Notes under the pieces: model-generated
The model's input: the letters and a program-made list of their open reading frames with translations, nothing else
What the model was told of the DNA's origin: nothing
Databases searched by the model: none
NCBI GenBank assembly: GCA_016748015.1
Contig: JAAOMT010000776.1
Coordinates: 62,001-126,000 of the forward strand
Reading direction: 5' to 3'
DNA from: Geosiphon pyriformis uo1
Taxonomy: Eukaryota; Fungi; Glomeromycota
Length of the DNA: 64,000 nt
Program-made: the position numbers and the translations under genes
Part shown: piece after piece, positions 10,441-21,710 of the stretch
Layout: each line of letters starts with the position of its first letter
Numbering within the stretch: position 1 is the stretch's first letter

Positions 10441-13300
10441 TCAGTTTGATGTGTTTGAATCAATGATTATGATTGGTTCTAGATCTTGTGGGATCTTATC
10501 TGGTTGAATTAGTATTCATTGTACTCCTAGTTGTGGAATATTACTGGTCAATAATGATGTTGTATTGTGATATGATTTTAGTTAATTACTATGTGCTGCT
10601 TTGGCTAAGATTTTGTTGTTCTATTTTAGTTTGTAAGCTCTATTTCCTAGAATTTTTTCAATGTGAAATGGTCTGTTCTATTTGGAGTCAAATTTTTCAT
10701 TCCATTGTTTTTTTATTTTGGTATTATATAAGAGTACTTTGTCTCCAATCCTGAATTCCACTGGTTTATCTAATAATTGGTTATCATGTCATTTTTTTTG
10801 TTTTTTTTGTGACTTTTAAATATTATTAGCTGCTTTTTGTCTTTTGTTTTCTAATGTTTTTATTAGTTTGTATGTTTTTTTAAGCAATGTTTTTTGAAAA
10901 TTGACTTTATTTATTGGTTTTATTGGATATATATTGATTTTTATCTCAACTGATAATATTGCTGTTTTACTATAAACAAGTTCAAATGGTGTTGCTTGTA
11001 TGATATCTTGCTTCATTGTTCAATAAGCAAATAATACTAATGGTATAAACAAATCCCATTTGTCCTGGTTTTCTTAACTGATTTTGACAATTGTTTTACA
11101 CAATGTTCTATTGAATCTTTTTACTAAACTGTTTGTTTGTAGATAATATGGTGATAATAATGGTTTTTTGATTCCAAATTTTTGGCTTAATTTTGTTAAT
11201 GTTCTGTTTATAAGATAAGTTTTTGATTTGATAACAATTCTTTTAAACATTTATGTTAACAGATCAGATCTTGGTGAACAAATTCAGCTATGAATTTTGC
11301 ATCTGCTTTTTGAATTGTTTTTGTCTTTGGCCATTTTGTGAGATAGTTTATGGCTACTGCTATATAATGATTGCCTTTACTGGTTATTGTTAATGGTCTA
11401 ACTAAGTTAATTCCAATTCTGTTAAATGGTTGTCTCATTTTAATTGGTCTTAATAGTTTACTGGATCTTGTTTTTCCTCTTCTTTAATAAGCATCACAAT
11501 TATAAACGTATTGAATGATGTCTAAATACATTAATAGCCAATAATATCTCTTTCTGGTTCTTTCTATAATTGCTTTTTTATAAAAGTGTCTTGCTGTCAG
11601 ATCTGAGTACATATTGTATAATATTGTTTTTTTCTCTGATTTTGTGATTACTCTGAGTGGTTGATCTGGATCCTTTTTGTTTTTCTAATATAATATATTT
11701 TGGTGGGTAATAAAATATTTGGATTGTTGTTTTATGTTGTTTTATTCTTTTGGAGATAAATTTTTCTTGAACTACTGGCTATTAATATAGTATTAGAGTT
11801 GTTAATATTTTTGTGTATTTATTTTTTGTTATATTTTTGGATTGGAATGTTCTTAGATTTGTCTCATTTATGAAAAACCATTGGCATTTCCATTTTTTTT
11901 TCCTTTTTTATAATATACTGTATATTTGAATAGTGCAAGTTCTATATTCCATCTTACATGATGATTATCTCCAAATTTTTGCTTTTGGATTAATGTCAAT
12001 TCTTTGTAATCAGTATATATGTCAAATTTCTGGCTTAAGTATTCTTTCTATTTCATAACTGTCTAATAGATAGCTAAATGCTCTAGTGCTGATGTTCTAT
12101 AGTTTTTTTTAGCTGGACTTAAACTTCAACTAGTGTATACTACTGGATGTTCTTTTTTATCTGGTTCTTTCTGTAACAATACTGCTCTTAATGCTTAACT
12201 TGATGCATCAGTAGTAATGATGAATGACTTACTGTAATCTGGATAGATCAATACTGATGCTTAGATAAACTTTTTTCTTAATATATTAAAAGCTTTTTGT
12301 TGCTTTTCAGTCTATTTGTATTTTACATTTTTGGCTTGAAGCTGGTGAAGTGGTTAAGCCAGTTTGAAAAAGTTTTTGCTAAAACAGCAGTAATATCCAG
12401 TAAATCCCAAGAATGTCCATAGTTTCATTAAGTTTATTAGTACTAAAAAGTTTTTTACTATCTCAATTTTATCCAAATCTGTCTTGATATCATCTTTGCT
12501 TATAATATGTTTCAAAAATTTTAATTCTGTTTTGCCAAAAAAGCATTTGGTAGTATTTAACTTTAGTTCTGCTCTTCTCAGTTTTTTAAACATCTGTTGT
12601 AGATAATGAAGATAATTATCAAAAATTTTTGAGAACACATTGGTGTTATTCAAATACATAATTACTGATTTCCATAGTAATCTAGTATAAACAATTTCTA
12701 TTAGACATTGAAAGATTGCCAGTGTATTAATTAAACCAAATAATATTACTTCAAACTCAAAATTTTCCTTTCTAATTGTGAATGCAGTCTTTTTCTTATT
12801 GGCTAAATTCATGACTACTTGCCAGTAATCACTATTCAAGTCTAATGTGGAGAATCATTTCTTCTCTTCAAAAGCATCAAATAATTTCTGAATTCATAAA
12901 GTAAGATAGCTATTTTTACGAGTTATATCATTGAATTTTCTATAATCCACACAAAAATGAATTTTTCTATTCTTCTTATGAACTAGTATCATTGATGATG
13001 ACCATAGATTCATTGATAATTGAATTAACTCATTGTCCAACATTCTGTTAATTTCTTGTCAAATTATCTCATGATTGACTGGTAGTACTTAGTATGCTTG
13101 TTGCTTGATTGACATTGTATCTTTAGTCTTAATTTGATGTTGGATAATGTCAGTTCTGTCAAATTCATTTTCACTTGTGAAAATATCCATAAAATTGTTG
13201 AGTAATATCTTAAGCTGCATTTTTTGAAGTGGGTCTAGATTTTCCAATTTCATTTGTTCCAATTGTTCTGATTGGAGCAAATAACATTCTTCTTATCTAT
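10441..13300 (-). pseudogene. pol: Element B pol: RT, RNase H, integrase
   Basis: ORFs 12354-12839 (YLNN for YLDD), 11256-11438 (FNRIGINLV) and 10816-11016 (TPFELVY). Ends LEPIIIIDSNTSN*. Confidence 0.92.
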
Positions 13301-13684
13301 ATATTGTTTATGATGTGATGTCTATATATTCACACAGTTGTGAAAAATTTGGAATGGTGCTTGGTGGTTGTTTTTCAACTTTAGTGTTTAAATATTTTAT
13401 GGTAATCTCTTTTGGTATTTTAATAATGTCTTTAGTTGTGTTGTAAATGGAAATTTTTATGTGTTTCGGGCTTTTGGCTAGTATATAAAGATTGGTAAAT
13501 CCAATTTTTTTTGATTCACAAATTGTAGTTTCTACTTCAAAAATTTGAGCTTGATTTTTTATTTTTCTTTTTATGGTTAACATGTACTGGTTATATGGTG
13601 GAATAGAAATTGATTGATAGGTGAAGATAATTTCTCTCTTGTTAATAACTTTTTCCTCTGCCATATTAACTAATATATCTATCC

Positions 13685-14075
13685 TACTTATGAATCTGAA
13701 TCCACTTATTTCTCTTGCTGTCATCCCTAATTCTTCCCTTTTTCCTACTAATACTAGCTGAGCTATTTTAACTAGAAATAGAAATATTGTCTGTGCTATC
13801 TTTTTATTTGGTTTGATAATATATTCTTTTTCTGAGTTATTTTGTAGCATTGCAATAATATTTTCCACATATCTTGTGTCAACTATTCCTTCTTTGATAT
13901 TGATTTCCTTCTTTGCTAAACTAGATTTAAATGCTAATTGAACCATAATTGTTGACAGAATTTCCAGTGCTACTTTTAGATTAATGCAGGTGTGTGAATG
14001 TGATTCCAATTTAATGGCATCTTTTCTTAAATATCTCAAATCAAATTCTGCATCAATATTATGTATGTGTTCTGA
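13685..14075 (-). pseudogene. dut: Element B dUTPase domain inside pol (between protease and RT)
   Basis: ORF 13308-14321 shows dUTPase motifs: DAEFDL (I), FKSSLA (II), GIVDTRYVENI (III), KIAQTIF (IV), REISGFR (V, decayed). Confidence 0.9.
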
Positions 14076-14329
14076 CATAATACCTTCATCATTATCACTA
14101 AACCATTTTAGTTCCTGCTTTTTGGACAAATTAGGGAGTTCTATGTATTGTTTGAAGTGTGAATTAGGATTTGAATTATTGTTGTTGTTATTGCTATTTA
14201 GAACAGAGCTGGAACTATTGTTATTATTATTATTGTCATTATTGGAGTTTAAATTGGGATAGAACAGTAATTCTAATTCTGATGCACAGTGGCTGATTGG
14301 TTTTTCTTTTTCTGGGATCATATAGATTA

Positions 14330-17300
14330 TGTGTGGTGGTGAATTGTAAATAAAATCATACTTATTACAATATTGAAAGTTACATAATCAGGTGTTTAGT
14401 TGTTTTAAATGCTGTTTTTGCTCTTCTTTTGTTGGTGCTAAGTTTTGATAATAGTCATAAAATTCTTTTGGACCAGTTTTAATGTCTAGAAAAACATTAA
14501 GATTAAGAATGCAAACTATTTTAACTGGTTCTGGCAGGTTGTTTTTGATCTCCAAAATTTTGCTGGGCAATGTACCATCTATTTTAACACTTGCTATTTT
14601 TTAGATCTTGTCCTTATCATGTAAATAACTGTCTAAGCAAGAAATTACTTAATGTCATACTGCATTGATAAGTGTTCCACAACTTACTCAGTTGCTAATA
14701 AGGATCATGTACTGACACAAAGTGTTATATGTTCCTCTTTGACCCAGAATGTTGTTCCATATTTTTTTGTTGAGCAACTGCTTTTCACAAGTAAAACATG
14801 GTTTGTTGCTCCACTTTTCTTAACATTTAGGATACTCATACTATTTGTGGTAGTATGGCTTACAATAGTAATAGATTTGTGTTCAGTAGTCTTTGTTTGA
14901 CACAACTCAAGCTTTCATGGAAGACAGCTTTTTCTTGCAGTTTTTATATTTGAGTAGAATATATGGTGGCTCTGGTCTGATGTCAGTTGAATAGAATCTT
15001 TTCCAGCCACTAGTTATTTCTTCTGTAATGATGGTTTCTTTAAGTTTATCTTCTTTTTTCCCTTTTCTCTTATCATCCCAAGAAAGTATTGACAACAACT
15101 TATTATAATTGGTATCAGCCCACAAGATTTGGTAGGCTTTCCAAATAGGTTTTTTTTTTCTTTTTCAAGTTCTATTAAGAGTATTGGCATGATAATAGAT
15201 TTGAAGTAACTATAGATAACTAGTACTTGAGTGTGCTGGTCATTCTAACTAAGTTGCAATTCTTGTGTGGTCTAATTAAAGACAGCATTAGTTTTGAACA
15301 GCCAATTGTTACCAACAAGGACTTGGTACTAAGTGGCTTCTATCACTAATACTTTGATAGAAATTGTGATGCTGTTAATTTCAAAAAATAAGTCATTAGT
15401 TTTACTAATTGGAGTTTTTGTTGCTCTGTCAGTGGTAATAATTTGAGCACTAGCAGTACAATCAACTTGGTAACCTAATTGGTCCATGAGTTATTATATA
15501 ATAATGCTGCCTGCTGAACCACTATTAAAGATTAGTTTGATAGAATGGCTATTAACTGTGACATTAGTATATATTGCTGTAATTGGCTTAGCATTGAGAA
15601 CAGCTCCATTAAATAATAATGTTTCGATTTGGTTTTCTAATTCAAAAGAGAATATGACAATAAGTGACTCATTTTCTGTGACAATTGTTGGTAAGTGGCT
15701 TTGGATGGGTTTTCAAGTCATTAGAGATAGTGTCTTCTGGAGTAACCAAAAAACTTAAATAGTGCTAAAAATTTGGGTTCTAAACATACTTTGTTTCTGA
15801 ATTCTGTTGGCATAATCTTAATAGTTGGCTAGAAAAGCTGGAAATCAGTTGATGTATTGTCATTGCTGATCTTCAATTTTGAATTATTCTTAATCTTGGA
15901 TTTTTTGATGTCATTTGAGCTGAATTTGATGGTGGTGTTTGAAGTTACTATGGCTAATAAATAATTTATGGCTGTGGCTAATATATTATGGATGTTAAAG
16001 TTTAATATACTGGAGTTGAGTATATTTGTTATATTATTAGTGGGTAATGGGGCTGATATTGATATTGTTTATCTGATAAATTGTTGGTGTAATTCGAAGT
16101 CTGAAATTGGTAATCAGAATTTTTATATTGACTCTCTAATTGTTGAGTATTTAATCATAATCAGCAATCTCTTTGAATATGTCTATGTTTATCACAATAG
16201 TGGCAGTTATGTATTTCTTAAGGCCATAACTGGTTTGATGATAATGACCACAATTAATACTGACTCCAATTAGAAATTTTTGGATTTGTATGCCATTGTG
16301 GCAGCTGATAAATGACTTGATTGCTGTTAGTTAAATATCCTTCTAATTTCTGATTAATGAATTTGGTTAATTGTTTCAGTTTTGAATTCAAATCAAATAA
16401 TCTGTTTATTACTAGATTAATGGCTTGAACATGGTTGGCTTCTAACTCAGTAAATTCTAGATCTCTGACATGGTTAACAGCATTCTAAAGTGTAGCTAAA
16501 CATAGTAGATATACATATTATAATAAGCTGCTGCATAGTCTATAGATAAACTGATTTAAAATCTGGAGTACTATAAAGTAGTTTATGTTGATAGCTTGAA
16601 TTTGATGCAGGTTTTGGTGGAAGCATCTTAAATAAGTGGTAACCACTTCAGTGTCTTCTTGTTTAATAGTAGTGAAATTAGTTACTAAGTGATTAATACT
16701 GTTATAATTACTGAAATATTACAGAAACAAAACTTTAAACACATTGAAATCTTGTAATTTGTTTACAAAATTTTGGTACCAAGAATCAGTGGTGTTCTAT
16801 AAGAAGTACAGAATAGCTTGCATTGCTCTAATATCATCTCAGTTGTTGGCAGTTATTGTTTTGGCTATGTCATTGAGCCAAACTTAGGCATTATTTTCTT
16901 TGCCAGTAAATTTTTCTAATTTGGTAATTAGTGCATAGGCCATTAGGGCTATGGTTGGTTGCTGAATTGGTTGTTGCAGTTGTGGTTGAAATTGTAGTTG
17001 TAGTGGTACAGTAACTGGTGGTGGGTTGATCATGATTACTAAAGATAAGTTTTGCTAATTAATAATATTGGGGTTTGAATTGTTCTGATTTTGCTGAGTT
17101 GAAATGATTAGAGTTTGTATTTTTGGGTTTTTCTGGATCGGGTTTTAATAATTAAATTCCTGATCTCTGTTTTCTTTTTCTTCCAATTCCATTATTTCCC
17201 AAGGACTAGCAGTTCTGAAATTTGGTTGGGGTGGTGGTAATTAAAATCCTGATGGTATTGATGATCACAATTTAAATCTCTCAAAGTAATTGCTGTAGAT

Positions 17301-17878
17301 TCCTAATAACTTTGTGTTCTTTTGTTTACTTTGAAATAAAAATTTGTTTAACAGGATTGTCACATTTGCTGTGGATGCATTTGTTGATGTTATATTAATA
17401 ATACTTCTGGGTATGTGATGATATGATGGATTAGCTGGTAAATTAACTCTTTGTTTTTTTTAAGTAGATAATTGTATTTGCTTTGGAGTTTCTGCTGGTG
17501 TTTGTAGTTTTCCTTTGTCTTTTTCTGCATAGGTAATAGAAAATGTTTGTTGAATGTGATTTTTAATTTCTTTGTTGATTTCAGTGATGATTAAAATGAA
17601 GCTGTAATTTAATAGTAAGCTGGTGTATTAAATTAATTCATTGTAGAAATTTTCTCTTATTGATTCTATATTTACTGGTTCTTTTAGAAAATATTTAATT
17701 TTTTTGTTGATGTAAAAGTTGAAAACTAATTCTGCTAATAGTTGGTTGTTGATTAACCTCAAGTGTTGATAGTAGTATTAGAATAAGAATTTGGCAAATC
17801 CTAAATGATTGGTTCTTTTTCTTTCAAATTCTATCACTTTTGAATAATTGTTGTTGATACTGGTTTTCTGTAAAATTA
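14330..17878 (-). pseudogene. gag: Element B gag, protease and Cys-rich domain
   Basis: Knuckle CHYCDKHRHIQRDC at 16164-16205; protease LIFNSGSAGSII near 15500-15540; Cys-rich block about 14345-14950. Confidence 0.85.
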
Positions 17879-17880
17879 TA

Positions 17881-17897
17881 CTTTACAGAGAGCACCA
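17881..17897 (-). promoter_or_regulatory. PBS of B (TGGTGCTCTCTGTAAAG)
   Basis: Lies 2 nt inside the 5' LTR end. Confidence 0.88.
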
Positions 17898-17899
17898 AA

Positions 17900-18756
17900 T
17901 GTTACAGATAATTATTTGGAATCTCAAATCAAATAACAAATCCATAACTTGGTGCTTAATAGCTGATATAATTAGTATTATTTAAAGGTTTTGGTATCTG
18001 AAGATTTTTAATTTGAGTTTTTTGTATAATAGACAGAGATTCAAGTATTGTTTTATCCATAGCTTCTTGAATCACAATTTTGTCAAATTTTTTTCTTCAA
18101 CATGGTGGCTGGTTTATTTTGGCAGTCATGTTCTTCTAATAAGCTATCCATTAATTATATATATTATTTTACTCTTATCTTTGGGTCTTTTACTAGGCTA
18201 TCCGTGATATCAATTATTCAGTATTTATTTTTTTAATCAATTAGTACACAATAAAAGAAAGTAAAATAAAGAAAAATAAAAGATAAAAAAATAAGCCAAG
18301 GCAATAAAAAGTTAGTATCCTGTCAATAGCCATAATCAAGAGCTATTGTTCTAGTATAATTAAGTATTGAATACTATTAACATATAGTATTGATAGTGGA
18401 AAGAGTGATTTGAATAGTAAATAGTTATTTTATTGATATTGATAATTCTAACTAAAATGTTTTCTTTGAACAAGAAAATCTTAGTATAAATTCTGTTTTT
18501 TCTACTTCTAATATTCTTGTTATATATACATAATTTGGGTTTTATGAGATCACTCACATTCCTGAGCAATGTGCTATGATTTCTTAAACAATGTGTCATG
18601 ATTTTCTAACATTGTTCTACATTGCTGAGCAATGTGTTGGAATTTTTGAAAATGCTCCATATTGCTAAACAATGTGTTTATGTGTTAACTACTATCTTTT
18701 TATTGGTCTATCTGTTTTTCCTACTATTTTCTTGTATGTTTTTTTTATGAGTAACA
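17900..18756 (-). repeat. 5' LTR of element B
   Basis: TGTTAC...GTAACA termini; repeat of 8960-9732. Confidence 0.95.
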
Positions 18757-19411
18757 CAGACTATTATAAAGTCTATTCTCAGACAGTTAATTTTTCTATG
18801 TTGTCACTTTACAAGAGAGAATAAAAGAAAATAAAATAAAAAAAAATAAAAAAAATAAAGAAATAAAGAAAATAAAATAAGAAATAAGTGTTCTGTTAAT
18901 AATTATAATTAAGAGCTATTGTGTTAGCAGGTTAAGTAGTAGATAATAACATGAATTTAAAAAATTAAAGAGATATTTTATTAATATAATTCTATTTTGG
19001 TTAATAGCAACTATTTTTAAAAAGAGAAATATTTAATAATTATGATTTACAAGTCTAATTGACTCTGAGAGTCTAATTGATTCCTAAAAATCTAATTTTT
19101 TTCTGTCTTTCTAACTTTTATAACTACTCATTTTTATACATTTTTTTTGTTCTATAGGATTGTTTTTATTTTTGTTAGCTATTGTTTTGCTATTTCTGTT
19201 ATTATTTCATTCTTCTATATTATTATTAGTTATTCTATGTTTCAATTAATTATTTTGTGCTATAATACATTATTAAGTTTTGTATTATGTTATCTTAAGT
19301 TATTACACATTATTCTGTGTTCTTTTATATTATCTTGTGTTATTTTATGTCATTACATTTTTGGTCACGTTTTTTTTATAACTTTGGATTGGTTTTTCTA
19401 CTCAGGTAATA
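18757..19411 (-). repeat. 3' LTR of C, second part
   Basis: Aligns to 21082-21710 and joins seamlessly to 8959 once B is removed. Confidence 0.9.
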
Positions 19412-19424
19412 TTTTTTTTTTTTA

Positions 19425-19700
19425 GAATTGAGTTTTTCCAAAATTGTATGTATTTGTAAAATCTGTGTTCTCTGTGTAGTATTCAATTGTAGCATTAAAT
19501 ATTGCTTTTTGTAGATCTCCAAATTGTCTATTTATTATTCATCCTATATTATTGACTGTAATTTCTATTGCTATTTTTAAATCTAATTTTATATATAACT
19601 GGAGGGGTTTTTTTTTAATTATAGTAGTCTGTTCAGAATATTCAAGTTCAAATTTTGCATCTGTCTTATGTGTATGTTTAAACATAATATTTTTATTATT
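19425..19700 (-). pseudogene. Element C: dUTPase N-terminal fragment fused to the ORF3 C-terminus
   Basis: Reads HKTDAKFELEY...LDLKIAIEI|TVNNIG*IINRQFGDLQKAIF...TQF*. The 3' part aligns with D 45460-45599. Confidence 0.7.
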
Positions 19701-20094
19701 ATTGCTGAATTAAGTTAATTTCTGCTCTATTGTAAGATCTAAAAGCATGATATATTGTTTGGTATTTGAAGCAGAGTTTAAATTGTTATTGTCATTAACA
19801 GAGTTTGAATTGTTGTTGTCATTAGTGGAGTTTGAATTATTGCTGTTATTAGTGAAGTTTGAATTATTGTTATTATTAGCAAAGTTTGAATTGAGATTAA
19901 GTTCTAATTCTGATTTTCTTTTGTTCTTATTGATTGGCTCTTCTTCAAATATATAACACATAAGAGTAAATTGTAACTACATCCTAATATTTTAACTTAG
20001 GGATGTTAGGTAAGTTTTGCTAATTTATTGGTACTGTAGAAATTAAGTTTTATTGGTAAGTTTCTTTGTATAATAGTGGGGTTTGGAATTTATT

Positions 20095-20630
20095 GGACTT
20101 TAAATGTTTGGGTTTTTGAATAATTTCTGGAGTTTGAATTGCTAAAAATTTAACAAGTTTTATTGATAGTAAGTTTTTTTATATAATAGCAAAGTTAAAA
20201 TTATTGGGTTTTGAATGTTTGGGTTTTTGAATAATCAGGTTTTGAATAATTGGAGTTTTAATTTTAACAAGTTTTAACGAATTTATTAAAGATAAGTTTT
20301 GAATGTTTAGAGTTTTAATAATCAGATCTTGAATAATTGGAGTTTTTAATTTAACAAGTTTTAATAAGTTTATCAATGGTAATTTTCAAATGTTCAGGGT
20401 TTTAATAATTGGGTCTTGAATAATTAGAGTTTTAATTTTAATGATTTTTTAACAAATTTATTAAAAATAAGTTTTAAATGTTTGGAGTTTTAATGATCAG
20501 GTTTTGAATAATTGGAGTTTTAATTTTAACAAGTTTTAATGAGTTTATCAACAATAATTTTTAATTGTTCACAGTTTTAATAATCAGATCTTGAATAATT
20601 GGTGTTTTAATTTAATAAGTTTTTCAAAAG
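20095..20630 (-). repeat. 87-bp (29-codon) tandem repeat inside C, about 5 copies plus a degenerate copy
   Basis: TTGAATAATT recurs at 20242, 20329, 20416, 20504 and 20591. Confidence 0.9.
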
Positions 20631-20739
20631 AAATACTAACATAAGGATTTTGTAAATCTTAAGTAATTTTTTACTTGTTTTCTCTTGATCTGCCACTTTT
20701 GTGAATTTCTGGGGTGCTTTGTCTCAATGGATTTTATAA

Positions 20740-20756
20740 CTTCACAAAAAGCACCA
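20740..20756 (-). promoter_or_regulatory. PBS of C (TGGTGCTTTTTGTGAAG)
   Basis: Lies 2 nt inside the 5' LTR end. Confidence 0.85.
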
Positions 20757-20758
20757 AA

Positions 20759-21710
20759 TTTTATAAGTAAACTAAGTAGAGTATACCAATAATATTTGGT
20801 GCTCAAGATTTGGGTTTCTAGAGAGCTTTTGATGATTTTTTTTCAATAGACTTGTTTAGTGTGTCAATGTTATCAGTCTTTAAAGGTCTGTTAGATTGTT
20901 ATAAATTTATAAGGCACAGAAAAATGTTTCACAGTGTTGCAACTTCTTGTATATAAATGTGAGCTATTTTTTCCAAGTTAACAAGTGCAGTCATTAGAGT
21001 TTGGTGGTGTTTTTTTACTCTTCTAGTAAGCTACCAAGATAATATTAATATTCAAACTTAGGAGAAAATTTTTTTTTTTACCAGGCTATCACAAAATTTA
21101 TTCTCAAACAGTTGATTTTCTTATGTTGCCACTTTACAAGAGAAAATAAAAGAAAATAAAGAAATAAAGAAAATAAAATAAAAAATAAAAAATAAGTATC
21201 CTATCAATAGTTGTAATTAAGAGCTATTGTGCCAGAAGGTTAAATAGTGAATAATAACATGAATTTAAAGAATTAAAGAGATATTTTATTGATATAATTT
21301 TATTTCAGTTAATAGCAACTATTTTTGAAGGAAGAAGTATTTAATAATTATGATCTGTGAGTCTAATTAACTCTTAAAAGTCTAATTTTTCTCTGTTTTT
21401 CTAACTTCTACAATTACTCATTTTTATAATTTTTTTTTGTTCTACAGGATTGCTTTTTAATTGTTTTGTTCTTGCTAGCTATTGCTTTGCTATTTCTGTT
21501 ATCACTTTGTTTTCTATGTTATTACTAGTTATTTTATGTTTTAACTAGTTATTTTATGTTATAATATATTATCAAGTTTTGTATTATGTTATTCTGAATT
21601 ATTACACGTTATTCTGTGTTCTTTTGCATTATTTTGTGTTATTTTATGTCATCATGTTTTTGGTCACATTTTTTCTATAACTTTGGATTGGTTTTTCTAT
21701 TTGAGTAATA
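20759..21710 (-). repeat. 5' LTR of element C
   Basis: Repeat of 8614-8959 plus 18757-19411. Confidence 0.9.

Larger units (their letters stand above)
8960..18756 (-). mobile_element. Ty3/Gypsy element B, full length, dUTPase-carrying, nested in the C LTR
   Basis: Paired LTRs 8960-9732 and 17900-18756, perfect 4-bp TSD CAGA (8956-8959 / 18757-18760), PBS and PPT present. Confidence 0.95.
8614..21710 (-). mobile_element. Non-autonomous LTR element C (TRIM/LARD-like internal-deletion derivative of a D-like family); about 1.35 kb internal region
   Basis: Two ~1 kb LTRs, PBS at 20740-20756, TSD CCAG (8610-8613) / CCAA (21711-21714). No protease, RT, RNase H or integrase in 19412-20758. Confidence 0.85.

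Noticed and set aside
10441-10700. Chromodomain at the integrase C-terminus (chromovirus)
   Set aside because: Integrase ends with a GPY/F-like segment and a short tail (LEPIIII). No chromodomain motif is seen in A, B, D or E.
15670-15700. Programmed frameshift between gag and protease of B
   Set aside because: The frame change coincides with a small deletion relative to E and D (residues missing after TNN); no slippery site.
20095-20630. CRISPR-like array
   Set aside because: Whole 87-bp units repeat without unique spacers; eukaryotic context; no cas genes.
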